DNA of 64,000 nucleotides from Leucoraja ocellata (lineage: Eukaryota), in NCBI GenBank assembly GCA_036785375.1, contig JAWMAR010000384.1:868001-932000 (forward strand), given 5' to 3'. Numbering within the stretch: the first letter of the stretch is position 1; the number at the start of each line of letters is the position of its first letter. Under the pieces are notes generated by a model that was not told the origin of the DNA, made no database searches, and saw only the letters and a list, made by a program, of their open reading frames with translations. A program made the position numbers and the translations under genes. This document shows, one piece after another, positions 50,373 to 64,000 of this stretch.

Positions 50373-53300
50373 TATAATATTAAAACTCTGTGGCTGGCTG
50401 CTGGCTGGCTGTATTTCTGCCTGACTTGTGGTTGCCAGCCTTTGATTCGTTGCTACGCCAACACCAGACCCACAAACGCCCAGAATGTTTCCATTCCGGT
50501 ACAGTTTTCACTTTTCATTCCATGTATCCACTCCTGATTACATTTCGTCGTGTTTATGTACATAGATTTAATAAAACCCTTCTCCCCTCCACTAACAGCG
50601 ACCATAACGGCTGCTGTCGCCCGCATCTCGGCTCAAAGGCGCCATTTAAAAACATCCGCACTGCTGAGTCCTGAACGGCTTGAGTTGGAGGACAACGTCT
50701 CCCGTGGGGGTCCATTGATTTATTTTTGGGGATTAATGTGTTGTTGGCCAGACACTGCATCGATTTCCCACCCCTATCTATTGCTCTAATACCCTTAGTG
50801 AAGATAAGTCGCTTTACTTAGGAGTAAAGTTTTCTGTCCAGGGCCGAAGTATTATATAAATATAGTTTATTAAAGTAGGCGAGGGGACGTTTGAAGGGGG
50901 CACACTTTGCATGTCTTTTTTAAACAGAAAGTGTGCAACGCTTTGCTAGAAGAAGCAGTGTAAGTAGATACCCAGCAAGGTTCAAGAGACATTTAGGCAA
51001 ACACGTGAACAGGTAGGGAATGGACGGATATAGACATTATATATGGCAGGCTGATGACATTGGCATTAGGTTCGCACAGACATTTGTGGGCCATCGTGGA
51101 TAGATCTGAAGTTATGACACTGATATCGTGTTTAACAGCATTCACGCGGATGATGAGCGAGAGAGGCCGACATCATTTATACATGGCATGAGTGTAAGTG
51201 CATGATTTTCTCGCCGGTCCTGGCGCTCACACATAGACATCTTCGAAAGGCAACGGTAAAATATTGTAATGACATTACGAGACAGGAGAAAATGCGGCCT
51301 TTTGGGTCAGTCTCAGCTTCTGTCAGATTAGCCCCCCCCCCCCCCCCCCCAGTTCCCAGTGGAGGCCAAATCACTGGATGGATTTAAGAGAGAGTTAGAG
51401 CTCTGGAGGCTAGTGGAATCAAGGGATTTGGGCAGAAGGCAGTCACGGGTTATTGTTTGGGGACGTTCGGTCATGATCTCATTGAATGGCGGTGCTGGCT
51501 CGAAGGGCCGAAAGGCCTCCTTCTGCACCTATTTTCTATGTTTCTATGTTTCTATGTCTCTATGAAAATATTCAGAACAAATGAGACCCGATATCGATGA
51601 CCAGGGAAAGGTGGAGCTCACAATGGATAACCAGGACACTACGGGAACGGAAGGAAAAGGCAAGGCCGGGAAGACTCAAACCTTTGTTTTTGGCTCCTTC
51701 ATAAAAATTACAAGCCGCAGAAGAAATTGGGAAGAAAATGGGTATGATAATGGCAGCTCGAGAGTTATCGGAATTGGTTCCTTTGAACAGGGAAGGTATA
51801 ATGGTGATTTGAATGAGGGGCATAGTCAAGGCGTTTGAATTGACCATTTTTTCCGAGTGAAAGTAGGCTCAGTATTTACAGATTTATAGGAATTTCCAAA
51901 ATAACTAACGATCAGGTGAGCAATTGCAGATATGTGACCATTTATTCGAATCAGCAAAAAATGCATACAATCCGGATCATTTAGAAAAGATAAGACACAT
52001 AATGAGATCATGTCTGAAACTTACAAAATTCTTAGGGGGTTGGACAGGCTAGATGCAGGAAGATTGTTCCCGACGTTGGGGAGGTCCAGGATAGGGGGTC
52101 ACAGTTTAAGGAAAGAGGGAACTCTTTTGGGACCGAGATGAGGAAAACATTCTCTGCCACAGAAGGTAGTTGAGGCCAGTTCATTGGCTATATTTAAGAG
52201 GGGGTTAGATGTGGCCCTTGTGGCTAAAGGGATCGGGGGTATGGAGAGAAGGCAGGTGCAGGATACTGGGTTGGATGATCAGCCATGATCATATTGAATG
52301 GTGGTGCAGCCTCGAAGGGCCGAATGGCCTACTTCTGCACCTATTTTCTATGTTTCTATGTTTCTATGTTTCTATAAAGCTGGAGTAAATTAGCGGGTCA
52401 GCCAGCATCTCTGGAGAAAATGAATAGGTGACATTTCGGATCGAGACCTTTCTTCAAACAGTCTGAAGAAGGGTCTCGCCCCAAAACGTCACCGATTCCC
52501 TTTCTCCAGAGATGCTTTCTGACCAACTGATTTACTCCAGATGTTTGTGTCTATCTTTGCTTTAAACCAGCATCTGCAGCTCCTTCCCATTCATTAAGAC
52601 TTAAGTCCAGGTTGCTCATGTTACGTGCAAATAATTGGGAATAAAGCTTGGAATAAGGGAAAAGCGATTTGTGACAGAGGTCAGGGGTTTGTCCGTGACT
52701 GATTGTCCTCTAACTATAGCATATAGTTCCCTCATTGTTCACTATTAACCCCGCCCCCGTCCTATTCTCACCCCCCCCCCCCCCCCCTCTCTCCCCCCCC
52801 CCCCCCCCCCCTCTCTCCCCCCCCCCCCCTCTCTCTCTCTCTCTCCCACCCCTCGCTCTCTTTCTGCATGTGTCTATATGAAGCTGCCGTGCACTCGTCG
52901 CATCTTTCTGTAGATATTATCTTGCTTTATTGAGAGTGTTGTTGCCCAGTTCCAGTGTATTACCACCGTGAGACACGTACACGCCACATACAAACTCAGT
53001 GGCAGTTCTGCTAACGCCAATAATCATCCCGTTTCTTTAAAGCTGACAATCAGAAGAAATAAAGAAGAAATAAGGTGTAATGTTTGTAAATATTTAAATA
53101 CAAACCCCGTCACCGATTAGTGTGAAAGTCACGGCCTTCTGTGATGAAGGATGGAGGTGCCATGCTTAGTGCGAGGGGTGTAAAGGGGAGGTGCGAACAA
53201 CCCATCAGTTTACATAAACCTGCTGATGTGTTGGGAATTAATGGCGTTTCCAAATTTCCAGATTTCCACGTATGCACACGTATTTTATTTAGTTATGTAG

Positions 53301-54025
53301 CGGTACACCTTGTGAACAAAGACATATTTAACAAACCCTGAACGCACGAGGCTGGTAGGGACGTTTTTGATTTTTTTTTTTTAAACAGCCTGAAACGTCT
53401 AATCTATTTCTCACTTCCCACATACCGCCCGACTTACTCAGTATGAACAGTATCTTCTGTTTATTTCTGTGATAATTTCGGGTTTAAGACCACCTTTGCC
53501 CTGCTTGGTTTATACGGTTCTTTCGCTGAATCATGTTGCACAAGAACTGACAAAGCGCTATAGAACGCGTGGTATAAATGGACGAGTGGCCCACTACTGC
53601 TGTACGATTGTAATTAGTGATTGAAATAGAGAAAGAAAATCAGTGTTGCTAGCTCAAATCTACGAGACAACGCAACCCGTGTTAAGCCATCATGGTTCGG
53701 GTCATAAATAAAACTGAGGGAATCAACAATGCATTTGAAATGCGTTTTTTAAACTTTATTCAACGGCTACAAAGATACCATGGGTACAATAACACCATCC
53801 ATGCTGTTGGATAACGCAATTAAATCTACTTGATGCTTCATTCAAGAACGACATTCTTTCGAAAGAACTACATTTAAAGTGAACAAGTCATAAAAATCGA
53901 AGTTTCAACTACAAATGGCATTTCTGAACGAAATCACTGAAGTCCAATACATTACTAACTTTGTCACATGGACGAACCCAATGATGATAAACTAACTTAG
54001 GCAGGTCAGCCTCACGTTTCCAACA

Positions 54026-54348
54026 TCAGATACAGCTGGATCTCTCGATAGTTGTCTTAAGTGGGTTTGCCTGAGCCGGGTGTTTAACCACACAGGAGTA
54101 AAGCTGGTGTAAGTTCCAGTCTGAGGCTGTCAGAGTCAGGTAACTGCTGAGACTGAACGTGTTGTCCTTATCCTGCTGGATCGGGCTGGTCTCAACGTCG
54201 CTATTTTTTGCACTGCCGTCAACGTTCCATTCAACGGCCACCGAGCCCGGATTAAAGCCGTTCACCAAACACACCAGGGTGGCGGTGCCCTTTGAAGTAA
54301 CTTCATCGGCTGAAGGCGGCAGGACCGTCACGATCGGTGCCCGAGGAT
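54026..54348 (-). CDS. IGLC: Ig light chain cluster 5, constant exon
   Basis: 323 nt, intact, ends RSSCI*. Confidence 0.95.
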
Positions 54349-55342
54349 CTGTTTAATAAGAAGTCACATTTAATTGGAGAAATGCTGTCATTGAGGTATC
54401 ATTATTTACCGAAAATACATCACATTAAAGCACTCATTTATTCATTTATAGAAATGTCGTTTTATTCTTGACATTTTTCAAACCATTATAGTGTGTTTAT
54501 TGTAATTGGGTGAACAATAAATAAAGTGCGTGAAAGCAACTAAAATAGATCCTGTCTACCCTCTGTATAAACACCGGGAAACCATCTGTGATAGATCATG
54601 GCTGCAGTATTTTATAAAACTGAATACATTGTTATAACTTTTATAATGTTCATTTTACTACACATTTCCGGATTTACATTTATTTAAATATATCAGCAGA
54701 TATAAACGATTCGCGGTCGCGACATTTATAATAACAGATTTAAACTTATTTAATTGTCGGCACCATTGAGATGGAGGGTGACGCTATTTAAGTTCGGCAA
54801 AAATATATGGAAACTAGTCTTCGAAGGCCACGGTCACCGATTCGCAGATATAGTTCACAAGCAAGAATTACATTGTAGTTCGAATGTTCATTTAAATTTG
54901 AAATACACGGCTGCGTCCACGAAAAGCTGCTCTACGTATTAAACACAATTTCTGAAGGAAATGTGCGAAACTTTCTCCTTTCGCATTTGGCATTTTGATA
55001 TCCTTGTTAAACCCGTCAACCGGATTTTTGACAGTGTTGAATATTGACGTTGGTGAACCCCGTTACCCAAGCAATTTCCTTTCATATCTGGACAATCACT
55101 GCAAATATTTCCGCAATTTATTGAACGAAGCTCAAGACAAAGCATTAGCTCGCTTTCCCAGTCATTTCACTGAGTTATGGCCAAGTGAACTCGGAACATC
55201 TGTACAGCAAGATCGCACCATCTACACTGAAATACAACTGGCCCAATCACGTATCATGTGAACTCAGGACATTAAATCAAGCAATATCTGCATTAAAATA
55301 AAAATAAAACAGCGCGCTGTCCGATGAACATATTTTACTTAC

Positions 55343-55687
55343 CGCCAATACCCAGCCTCGTTCCTTTACCGAAATATAAAGCACTATCCCATTTGGCACA
55401 GTAATAGTCAGCAGCATCCACCGATTGAACGCTAGATATTGCGAATGTTACAGAGTTGCCTGACACCGAGATGGAAAAACGGTCTGGAATGTCCGTGCCT
55501 TTATCAATGGTGCCGCCGGTATAATGGACGAATAGATACTTGGGAGTTTTGCCAGGAATCTGTTGGTACCACGAGACATAGTTAGCGCCTGAACTGGTAC
55601 CCGATATGGTGCAGGGTATTTGTATGTTCTGTCCCGTAGAGGTGGACATCGAAGGCGGCTGAGTTACTGTAACAGCCGCGCTTATGT
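55343..55687 (-). CDS. IGLV: Ig light chain cluster 5, germline-joined VJ exon
   Basis: 345-nt open exon; CDR3 AKWDSALY. Confidence 0.95.
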
Positions 55688-55808
55688 CTGAGAAAGGAGA
55701 AATATCAGAAAAAATTAGAAAATATTAAGTTTGTTTAAGTGTGGGAGATAATCCCAAATTAATGGTGAACAGAAATAAGTATAATGTCCAGGGAAGTAAA
55801 ATACTCAC

Positions 55809-55857
55809 AAACTGCGCAAAACACCAACGCACCGACCACACGGATCCAATAAGACAT
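55809..55857 (-). CDS. Ig light chain cluster 5, leader exon
   Basis: 49-nt leader, ATG and donor intact. Confidence 0.92.
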
Positions 55858-58800
55858 GTTCATTAACCGACTGAGCTCCGATGCGGCGGCAGTTTCCAGG
55901 ACAAGTGGCGTGTAATCTTGCTCTCTGGCTCTCTTTATAAATGGAATGACGATATGTCACCGTGTGTTTAATTACCCAAACCAATCAAACCGGTATGCTC
56001 GTCGAAGCCAATCAGAAATTGCCAGATTCTTCCTCAAAATATTCGCCCCAGTGAAACATGCAGGTCTTATTTTAGAGACTTGTGTTTCTAAAAAAGCTTC
56101 ATACATCCAGCAGAATGAAAAGGATTGTCACAGTTGTCCCTTCTTTATAAACAAACAATCTATAATGTTCTGTATGATCCCCCCGCAGATATACACTAAA
56201 CAGATTGCGAGTTTTAAATATTATATTCGGTAACTGTTTAATCAACAATGAAAACGGAATAGAAATATTTTATCTAAGCGGACCAACTGAATCCGTATCG
56301 CTGATTTCCTTCGCTCCCTCACCCGCTGAGTTTCTCCAGCATTTTTGTCTACCTCCGTATCGCTGAACATAACATGATCACAGTCACAGCATCAGCACTG
56401 TTTTATTAAAAAGCACATTAAATCTATATTTAGATATCTTTGTCATTTTAGAAATGATAAACCCCACAGGCTGCCCTTCTACTTGTGTATCAGATCATTT
56501 AGAAAAGACCTGAGGGGACAGAACATCACTACAAATGTCAGTAAAGTAGCCGTTTTAGGGGGCTATTTTGACTACCCGACGTGTGTCATGCTTGTAAAAG
56601 TGGTCTGTAATACTATCCTGTTGTAATGCGCAGTAACTCACGACTCAAAGTGTAAAGGTCGCCTGACCAAATTAATGCACATATGAGTGAAGTAAAAGGG
56701 GTCATATTGGCTCTCACCGCTTACTTCCAGAGTTCTTTCGGCTTTGAAGGAAGACAGGAATTCTATATACAGCACATCCATAGTCAATTAAAGTTGAATG
56801 GAACACGGGCACTCCAGCACGGGCACGGGCAAAACTGACAAGGGAGAAACTTTGCAACGTGAACACGCGAAAGATTGCACTGGCTCGTGGCTGTTCATTA
56901 TTACCACCGCAAATGCCGATCCGCAGATGCTACGTTAACCCCCATAGAGTCAAAGAGAGTCAGTCATAGAGTGTGGAAACAGGCCCTTCGGCCCAACATT
57001 CACACATCGACCACCGACCCATCTACACTCGTCCCACCTGCCCGTATTGGGTCCATATCCCTCCAAATCTGTCATATCCATTTACCTGTCTAACTGGTTT
57101 TTAAACGTCGGGATAGTCCCTGGCACAACTATCTCCTCTGGCTGCTTGTTCCATACTCCCACCAACCTCTGTGGGAAAAAGTTACCCCTCATATTCCTTT
57201 CTATTTAAAAACAAATCTTTTTATTGTTTTTTTCCCCAAAAAGAGCAAAAATAAAACATAAAAATCAGAACAAAAAGAATAATGATAAACATAACAATGG
57301 TATTGATACATAGGGATCAGGATTACATTAATAACAGATATAACCTGATATGAGACCAATGTCAAAATACACAATGAATCTAGACCTCCAGGTCTGTATG
57401 TTAATATAGTTAAATCTTTAAAAGGAAACTTATAAATGTAAAAAAAAGCACAAAAAGAAATAGACAAAAAAAGACCCCCCCTAAACTAAAGAAAGAAAAA
57501 AAAGAGAAAAATTGATAATAATAATAATAAAATACGCATAAAAATAAAATAGTTTAAAAAAACAAAGCAAAGCAAACCCGAATCTGAACTGAGGATTTCA
57601 ACAATGTAAGTCTGTTTGTCGTCATGTCTGTTCCACCCAATAGAGATAAAATCTTTTTTATAACGGTTAAAGAGGGAGCAATTTATGTTGTATGAAAATG
57701 TTCAATACATTTTACCCAAGTCTTATCAAATTTAACCAAGGGTTCAACAGTGTCACTGCTGATTTTTTCAAAATTTAAACATTATATCGTTTCCGAATAC
57801 CACTGGAGTGTGGTCGGAGGGTTAGGAGTCTTTCCATTTGAATAAAATAGATCTTCTGGCGATTAATGTGGTAAAAGCAATCAACCGATGGGCGGAGCGG
57901 GACAAATGATTAGAATCTAACATTGGCAGCCCAAAAATTGCAGTAATTCCAGTTTGTAAACCTATGCCTAAGACTACTGAAATAGTAACAAAAAATTATT
58001 TCCAATATTTTTCCAAAGAAGGGCAGGACCAAAACATATGGGTCATTGAGGCCACTTCAGATTTACATCTGTCACAGGTAGGATTCATATGACCATTAAA
58101 ACGAGTTAACTTATCTTTTGACATATGAGCTCTGTGAACCACCTTGAATTGTATCAAAGCGTGTCTTGCAAACATTGAATAGGAACCCCTCAGATTCCTA
58201 TTAAGTCCGTCACCATGAACCCGGTCCTCCTCTGGGCAAGGGACTATACATCCACCCGATCTATTCCTCTCACGACCCTATACACCTCTATGAGGTTTCC
58301 CTTCAACTTCTGCGCTCCAAAGAATAGAGTCCAGGCCTACTCAACCCCTCCCTATACCTCACACCATCTAGTCATGGCAACATCCTCGTAAATCTTCTCT
58401 GTACCATTTCCAGCTTGTTGAAATATTTCCTATAACATAGTGCCCAGACTGAACACAATAATCTAGATGCGGCGTCACCAACGTCTTATACATCTGCAAC
58501 AAGACCTCCCAACCTCTATACTCATTACACGGGCTGATGAAGGCCAATGTGCCAAAAGCTTTTTTGACCACCCGATCTACCGTCCACTGCGTAGTTCCTG
58601 CCTATGTTAGAATTCCCAAAATGCAACACTTCATATTTCTCTGCATTAAATTCCATCAACCATTCCTCAGCCTACCTGACCAATTGATCCAGATCCTGCT
58701 GCACTTTTTTCACAACCATCTCTACTATCTGCAAAACCTCCCACGTTTGTATCATCTGCAAACTTGCTAATCTTACCAAGTATGATCCCATTCAAATCAT

Positions 58801-61174
58801 TGATATAGATGACAATCATTAACGGGACCAGCACCGAACCCTGAGGCACACCCCGTGTTACTCCAGCACTTTGTGTTTTATCATGATTCCAGCATTCGCA
58901 GTTCCCTGTGTCTCTGTGTTCCCACTTTGGGATGGGCAATAAATACTGCGTTCCCAAAGACTCAATCATCATACAAATGAATAACGTTGATGAATTAGAT
59001 GTGTCCAAGTTAGATAGAAACATAGAAAATAGGTGCAGGAGGAGGCCATTTGGCCCTTTGAGCCTGCACCGCTATTCATTGTGATCATGGCTGATCATCC
59101 ACAATCAGTAACCCGGGCATGTCTTCTCCCCATAACCCTTGATTCCGCTAGCCCCGAGAGCTCTATCTAACTTTTTTAATTCGTCCAGTGAATTGGCCTT
59201 TACGGCCTTCTGTGGCAGAGTATTCCACACATTCACAACTCTCTGAGTGAAAGTTTTTTTCTCCTCTCAATTTTAAATGGCCTCCACTTTATTCTTAGAT
59301 TGTGGCCCCTGGTTCTGGGCACCCCATCATTAGGAACATTTTTCCTGCGACTAGCTTGCCCAGTTCTTTTATAATTTTTATACGTTTCTATAAGAATCCC
59401 CCTCGTCCTTCTAAATATCAGTGAATACAAGCCCAATTTTTCCAATCTTTCCTCATATGAGATTCCCGCCATCCCAGGGATTAACCTCTTAAACCTACGC
59501 TGCACTGCTTCAATAGCAAGGATGTCTTTCCTCAAATTAGGAGACCGAAACTGCACACAATACTCGAGATGTGGTCTCACCAGGGCCTTGTACAACTGCA
59601 GGAGGATCTCTTTACTCCTCTACACAAAACCTCTCGTTATGAAGGCCAACGCCTCATTAGCTTTCTTCACTGCCTGCTGTATCTGCATTTTTTCTTTAAT
59701 TGACTGGTGTACATGGACACTCAGGTCTCACTGCACTTCCATTTTTCCTAATCTGACACCATTGAGATTCGATTGAAATTTGCCTCCTTGTTCTTGCCAC
59801 CAAAATGGATAAACTCACAATTGTCTACATTATGCTGCATCTGCCTTGCATCTGCCCACTCACTCAACCTGCCCAAGTCACCCTGCAACCTCCTAGCCTC
59901 CTCTTCGCCGTTCACAATGCCACCCAACTTTGTGTCATCTGCAAATTTGCTAGTGTTCCTTTTAATCTCATCATCTAAATTATTAATATATATATTGTAA
60001 GTAGTTGCGGCCCCAACACTGAGCCTTGCGGCACTCCACTCGCCTCTGCCGGCCATTCTGGCAGGGACCCGTTTATTCCTACTCTTTGTTTCCTGTTTCC
60101 AAACCAATCCTCTATCCATGTCAATGCCATGTCAAATATTGATCAGAGTGCATTGATGAAGGATTGTTTAACGTTTAACAGTCAAGAAAGTGGACACGGT
60201 GTACGAACAAAACAGCGTTGACCCCGCTGCACTTCCAGATGTCTATTGGGATATCTCACTTTCATTCTGAGTGACATCCGAGATTAGCTCGGCCCTTGCT
60301 TTAATAACTAGCTTACTGTTACTTGAGTACAAAGAAGAACAACTAGTTTTAAAACTGCGTTTACTTTTGTTTCGAGATCAGATTTATTCATTGTATAAAT
60401 GAATGTTTCGATCCACCTCACGGAACTCATCTTCATGAGACACAGAGAAAGACTGCACATTAGATCATGACCCAGAAATGTGCAAGGACATTCGAGTTCT
60501 CCAGACCAGCTATAGCAAACAGGAATCTGGAAGAGGAGAAATTCATGTGACTTCTTATTATTAACCGCCGTCTCTATCAGTTCAGGCTTAACGAGCAGAA
60601 GGGAGTGAGATTTCCTGCTTTGTGAATATCTTCTCATATTTTCTATAATAAAGATCGTGTTGGAACCAAAATAATCTATCTCCATTCCATCTCATTCCAG
60701 TTCCCCACTCAATACCAAATTCTCAAGACTCTGATAATGCATCAAAAATAGCAATATGGCTGTGATCACTTCCTCGCCACATGCCGTGATGACCTCAGCT
60801 CCGAAAACGTTCAAGAAGTCCGAGATTTTACAGGATTAAGTTTTTATTTTAATGACATAATCCCATTCTTTGTCTCTGTTTGCCACAAGTGCAACAAGCC
60901 CACAGTCTGTGCCGTCAACATAATCCATTCTAATCATATTGTATAGCCTCAACAAAATGGTCTCCAAGGCATTCAAGAACCCGACGCATAATACATGTTC
61001 ATAAATTCATTGTTCTAGGAGCAGAATTAGGCCATTCGGCCCATCAAGGTTGCTCCACCATTCAATAATGGCTGATCCAACTTAACCTCTCTACCCCATT
61101 CTCATGTCTTATTTCCGTACCCCCTGTCACCCATAACCAATCAAGAATCTGTCAATCCGGAATTTAAAATTATT

Positions 61175-61690
61175 AAATTATTAAAGATGTAATTGCAGCG
61201 TATTTGGAAAGCAATGAAGGGATCGGACAATGTCAGCGTGGATTTATGAAGGGGAAACCATGCTTGACTAATCTTCTGGAAACATTTGAGGATGTAACAA
61301 GTCGAATGGAAAAGGGAGAGCCAGTTGATGTGTTGTATCTGGACTTTCAAAAATCATTTGACAAGGTCCCACACAAGAGATTAGTGTGCAAAATTAGAGC
61401 ACATGGTATTGGGAGTAGGGTATTAACATGGATAAGGAACTGGTTGGCAGGCAGGAAGCAAAGAGAAGGAATTAATGGATCCTTTTCACAATGGCAGGGC
61501 GTGACTAGTGGGGTGTCGCAAGGCTCAGTGCGGGATCTCCAGTTATTTACAATGTATATTAACGATCTAGATTAGGGAATTCAAAGTAACATTTCCAAGT
61601 TTGCGGATGACACAAAGCTGGGTGACAGTGTGAGGTGTGAGGAAGGTGGTATGGGGTTGTAGGGTGACTTGGATATAGGTTGGGTGAGCG
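61175..61690 (+). mobile_element. CR1-clade LINE RT fragment, plus strand (partial copies ~10315-10413, ~46610-46965)
   Basis: GFMKGKPCLTNLL...YLDFQKSFDKVPH...GVSQGSV. Confidence 0.85.
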
Positions 61691-62927
61691 GACTATGTCC
61701 CTCATTCAAATCGCCATTATACCTTCCCTGTTCAAAGGAACCAATTCCGTTTACTCTCGAGCTGCCATGATCATGCCCAATTTCTTCCCAATTTCTTCTG
61801 CGGCTTGTAATTTTTCGGACGGAGCCAACAGCAGACATTTGACTCTTCCCGGTCATGCCTTTTTCTCCCGATTCCCTAGTGGCCTGGTTATCCATTGTGA
61901 GCTCCACCTTTCCCTGATCGTCGATTTCGGGTCTCATTTGTTCTGAATGCTTTCATAGAAACATAGAAACATAGAAAATAGGTGCAGAAGGAGGCCATTC
62001 GGCCCTTCGAGCCAGCACCGCCATTCATTGCGATCTTAGCTGATCGTCCCCAATCAATAACACGTGCCTGCCTTCTCCCCATATCCCTTGATTCCACTAG
62101 CCTCTAGAGCTCTATCTAACTCTCTCTTAAATCCATCCAGTGATTTGGCCTCCACTGCCCTCTGTGGCAGGGAATTTCACAAATTCACAACTCTCTGGGT
62201 GAAAACGTTTTTTCTCACCTCAGTCTTAAATGACCTCCAAGACTGTGGCCCCTGGTTCTGGACTGGCCCAGCATTGGGAACATTGTTCCTGCATCTAGCT
62301 TGTGCAGTCCTTTTTTATAAATTTATATGTTTCTATAAGATACCCCCTCATCCTTCTAAACTCCAGCGAATACAAGCCTAGTATTTTCAATCTTTCCTCA
62401 TAGGACAGTCCCGCCATCCCAGGGATCAATCTCGTGAACCTACGCTGCATTGCTTCAATCACAAGGATGTCCTTCCTCAGATTAGGAGACCAAAACTGTA
62501 CGTAATACTCCAGATGTGGTCACCCTGCAACCACCTAACATCATCTTCACAGTTCACACTGCCACCCAGCTTTGTGTCATTATCAAAGGCTTTCTGAATG
62601 TCTAGATATACTAAATCCACTGGCTCCCCTTCATCCATTTTACTTGTCATATCCTCAAAAAAATCCAGAAGATTAGTCAAGGATGATTTCCCTTTCATAA
62701 ATCCATGTTGACTTGGACTAATCCTTTTACTGCTATCCAAATGCCCCATTATTACATATTTAATAATTGACTCCAGCATCTTTCCCACCACCGAAGTCAG
62801 GCTAACTGGTCTGTAATTCCCCGTTTTCTCTCTCACTCCTTTCTTGAAAAGTGGGATAACATTAGCAATCCTCCAATCCACAGGAAATGATCCTCAATCT
62901 ATTGAACACTGGAAAATGATCACCAGT

Positions 62928-63692
62928 GCGCCCAGATTTTTTCCATTTCGGGAGAGAATTCACTTTTCATTCCAAGTATCCACTCCATACATTTCGTCGT
63001 GTTTATGAACCCATTTTTAATAAAATCCTTCTCCCCGCCCCCCCCCCCCCCCCCCGCCCGACAATTAAAAAAAACAGCTCTCACCCATAGAATATTGTTG
63101 AACTTTCCATCGTGTGATGTCACAATTCCCAATGCTCACAGATGTCCAATCGGAATGGATCAATTTACATATGCCTTTGCAACAGCCCCCGCCCCAGCCC
63201 CTCCCCCCACCCCCGCAGCTTGTGTCGAAGCGCGTCATCACGTGTGTGGGAATAGAGACAGAGGATTGGGGGTGATAGGGAATGGGGAACAGATGGACTT
63301 CCCTACCCCTCCCCCTTCCACTCTCCGTCCCCACTATTTCCCCTCTCTCCCCCCCACCCCTCTCCCCCTCACTCCATACTCTCCCCCTCCCTCCCCTACC
63401 CCATCTCCCTCCTCCCCTCCCTCAGCAGTCTTACACTTATCTCCCCCACCCCCCATCCCCCACTCCTCCCCCATCTCCCTCCCCCACCCCTCTCTCTCCC
63501 CCTCCCTTCTCTTTCGCTCCCACTCTTCCCCCTCTCTCCGCTCTCCCACTCCCTCCACACTTCCCCCCCCTCTCTACCCCCTACTCCTGGTTTGTGGTTA
63601 GTGTGAGTGTGATGCCCCAGCCCCCCCCCCCCCCTCTTCCCCCGCAAACGCGCGTTGGGGAAACAGACCCAACGGGTCTGCACTTGGTCTAG
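62928..63692 (+). mobile_element. 5'-deleted Helitron copy
   Basis: Hairpin 63664-63680, CTAG 63689-63692. Confidence 0.75.
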
Positions 63693-64000
63693 TATAATAT
63701 TAAAACTATGTGGCTGGCTGCTGGCTGGCTGTGTTTCTGCCTGACTTGTGGTTCCCAGCCTGTGGCTGCCAGCCTTGATTCGTTGCTACGCCAACACCAG
63801 ACCCACAAATGCCCAGAATGTTTCCATTTCGGTAGAGGTTTCATTTTTCATTCCAAGTATCCACTCCTGATTAAATTTCGTCGTGTTTATGTACAAATTT
63901 TAAATAAATTCCTTCTCCACGCCCCCCCCCCCCTCCCAACGGGTCTGCACTTCGTCTAGTTTAATTTACAACCACCTGTTCAGCAGTGGCAAGCCTGCCT

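Larger units (their letters stand above)
1..64000. repeat. Tandem segmental array of IgL cluster units: approx 1-13095, 13096-25381, 25382-38728, 38729-50372, 50373-63692, 63693-end (partial)
   Basis: Same ordered blocks recur; C exon starts are 13826, 11843, 13515 and 11675 bp apart; unit phase chosen at the CTAG|TATAATATTAAA junction. Confidence 0.95.

Noticed and set aside
1-64000. CRISPR array or prokaryotic operon
   Set aside because: Spliced vertebrate genes and retroposons; no repeat-spacer array

Overview
Eukaryotic (vertebrate) genomic DNA, almost certainly a cartilaginous fish and probably a skate/ray (inferred from the cluster-type Ig organisation and the repeat landscape). The window is a head-to-tail array of five ~11.6-13.3 kb units plus the start of a sixth. 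Each unit holds one complete minus-strand immunoglobulin light-chain cluster: a 49-nt leader exon, a germline-joined VJ exon with no RSS between V and J, and a C exon most like the lambda/type II class, followed by AATAAA. Clusters 1, 3, 4 and 5 look intact. Cluster 2 has an in-frame 27-bp duplication at the signal-peptide/FR1 junction, a 308-bp intron deletion and a C exon truncated before the terminal Cys. The spacers consist of decayed CR1-type LINEs, an L1 insertion with a TSD, a V-SINE fragment, Penelope-like palindromes and a non-autonomous Helitron (TC...hairpin-CTAG) with a C-rich tract. Most notable: CDR-focused patchwork germline diversification of pre-joined VJ genes, mappable recombination/conversion tracts between units, a dense E-box cluster in the J-C intron, an octamer-less promoter, and tandem Helitron junctions recurring once per unit. 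Exon coordinates were read base by base; repeat boundaries are approximate.
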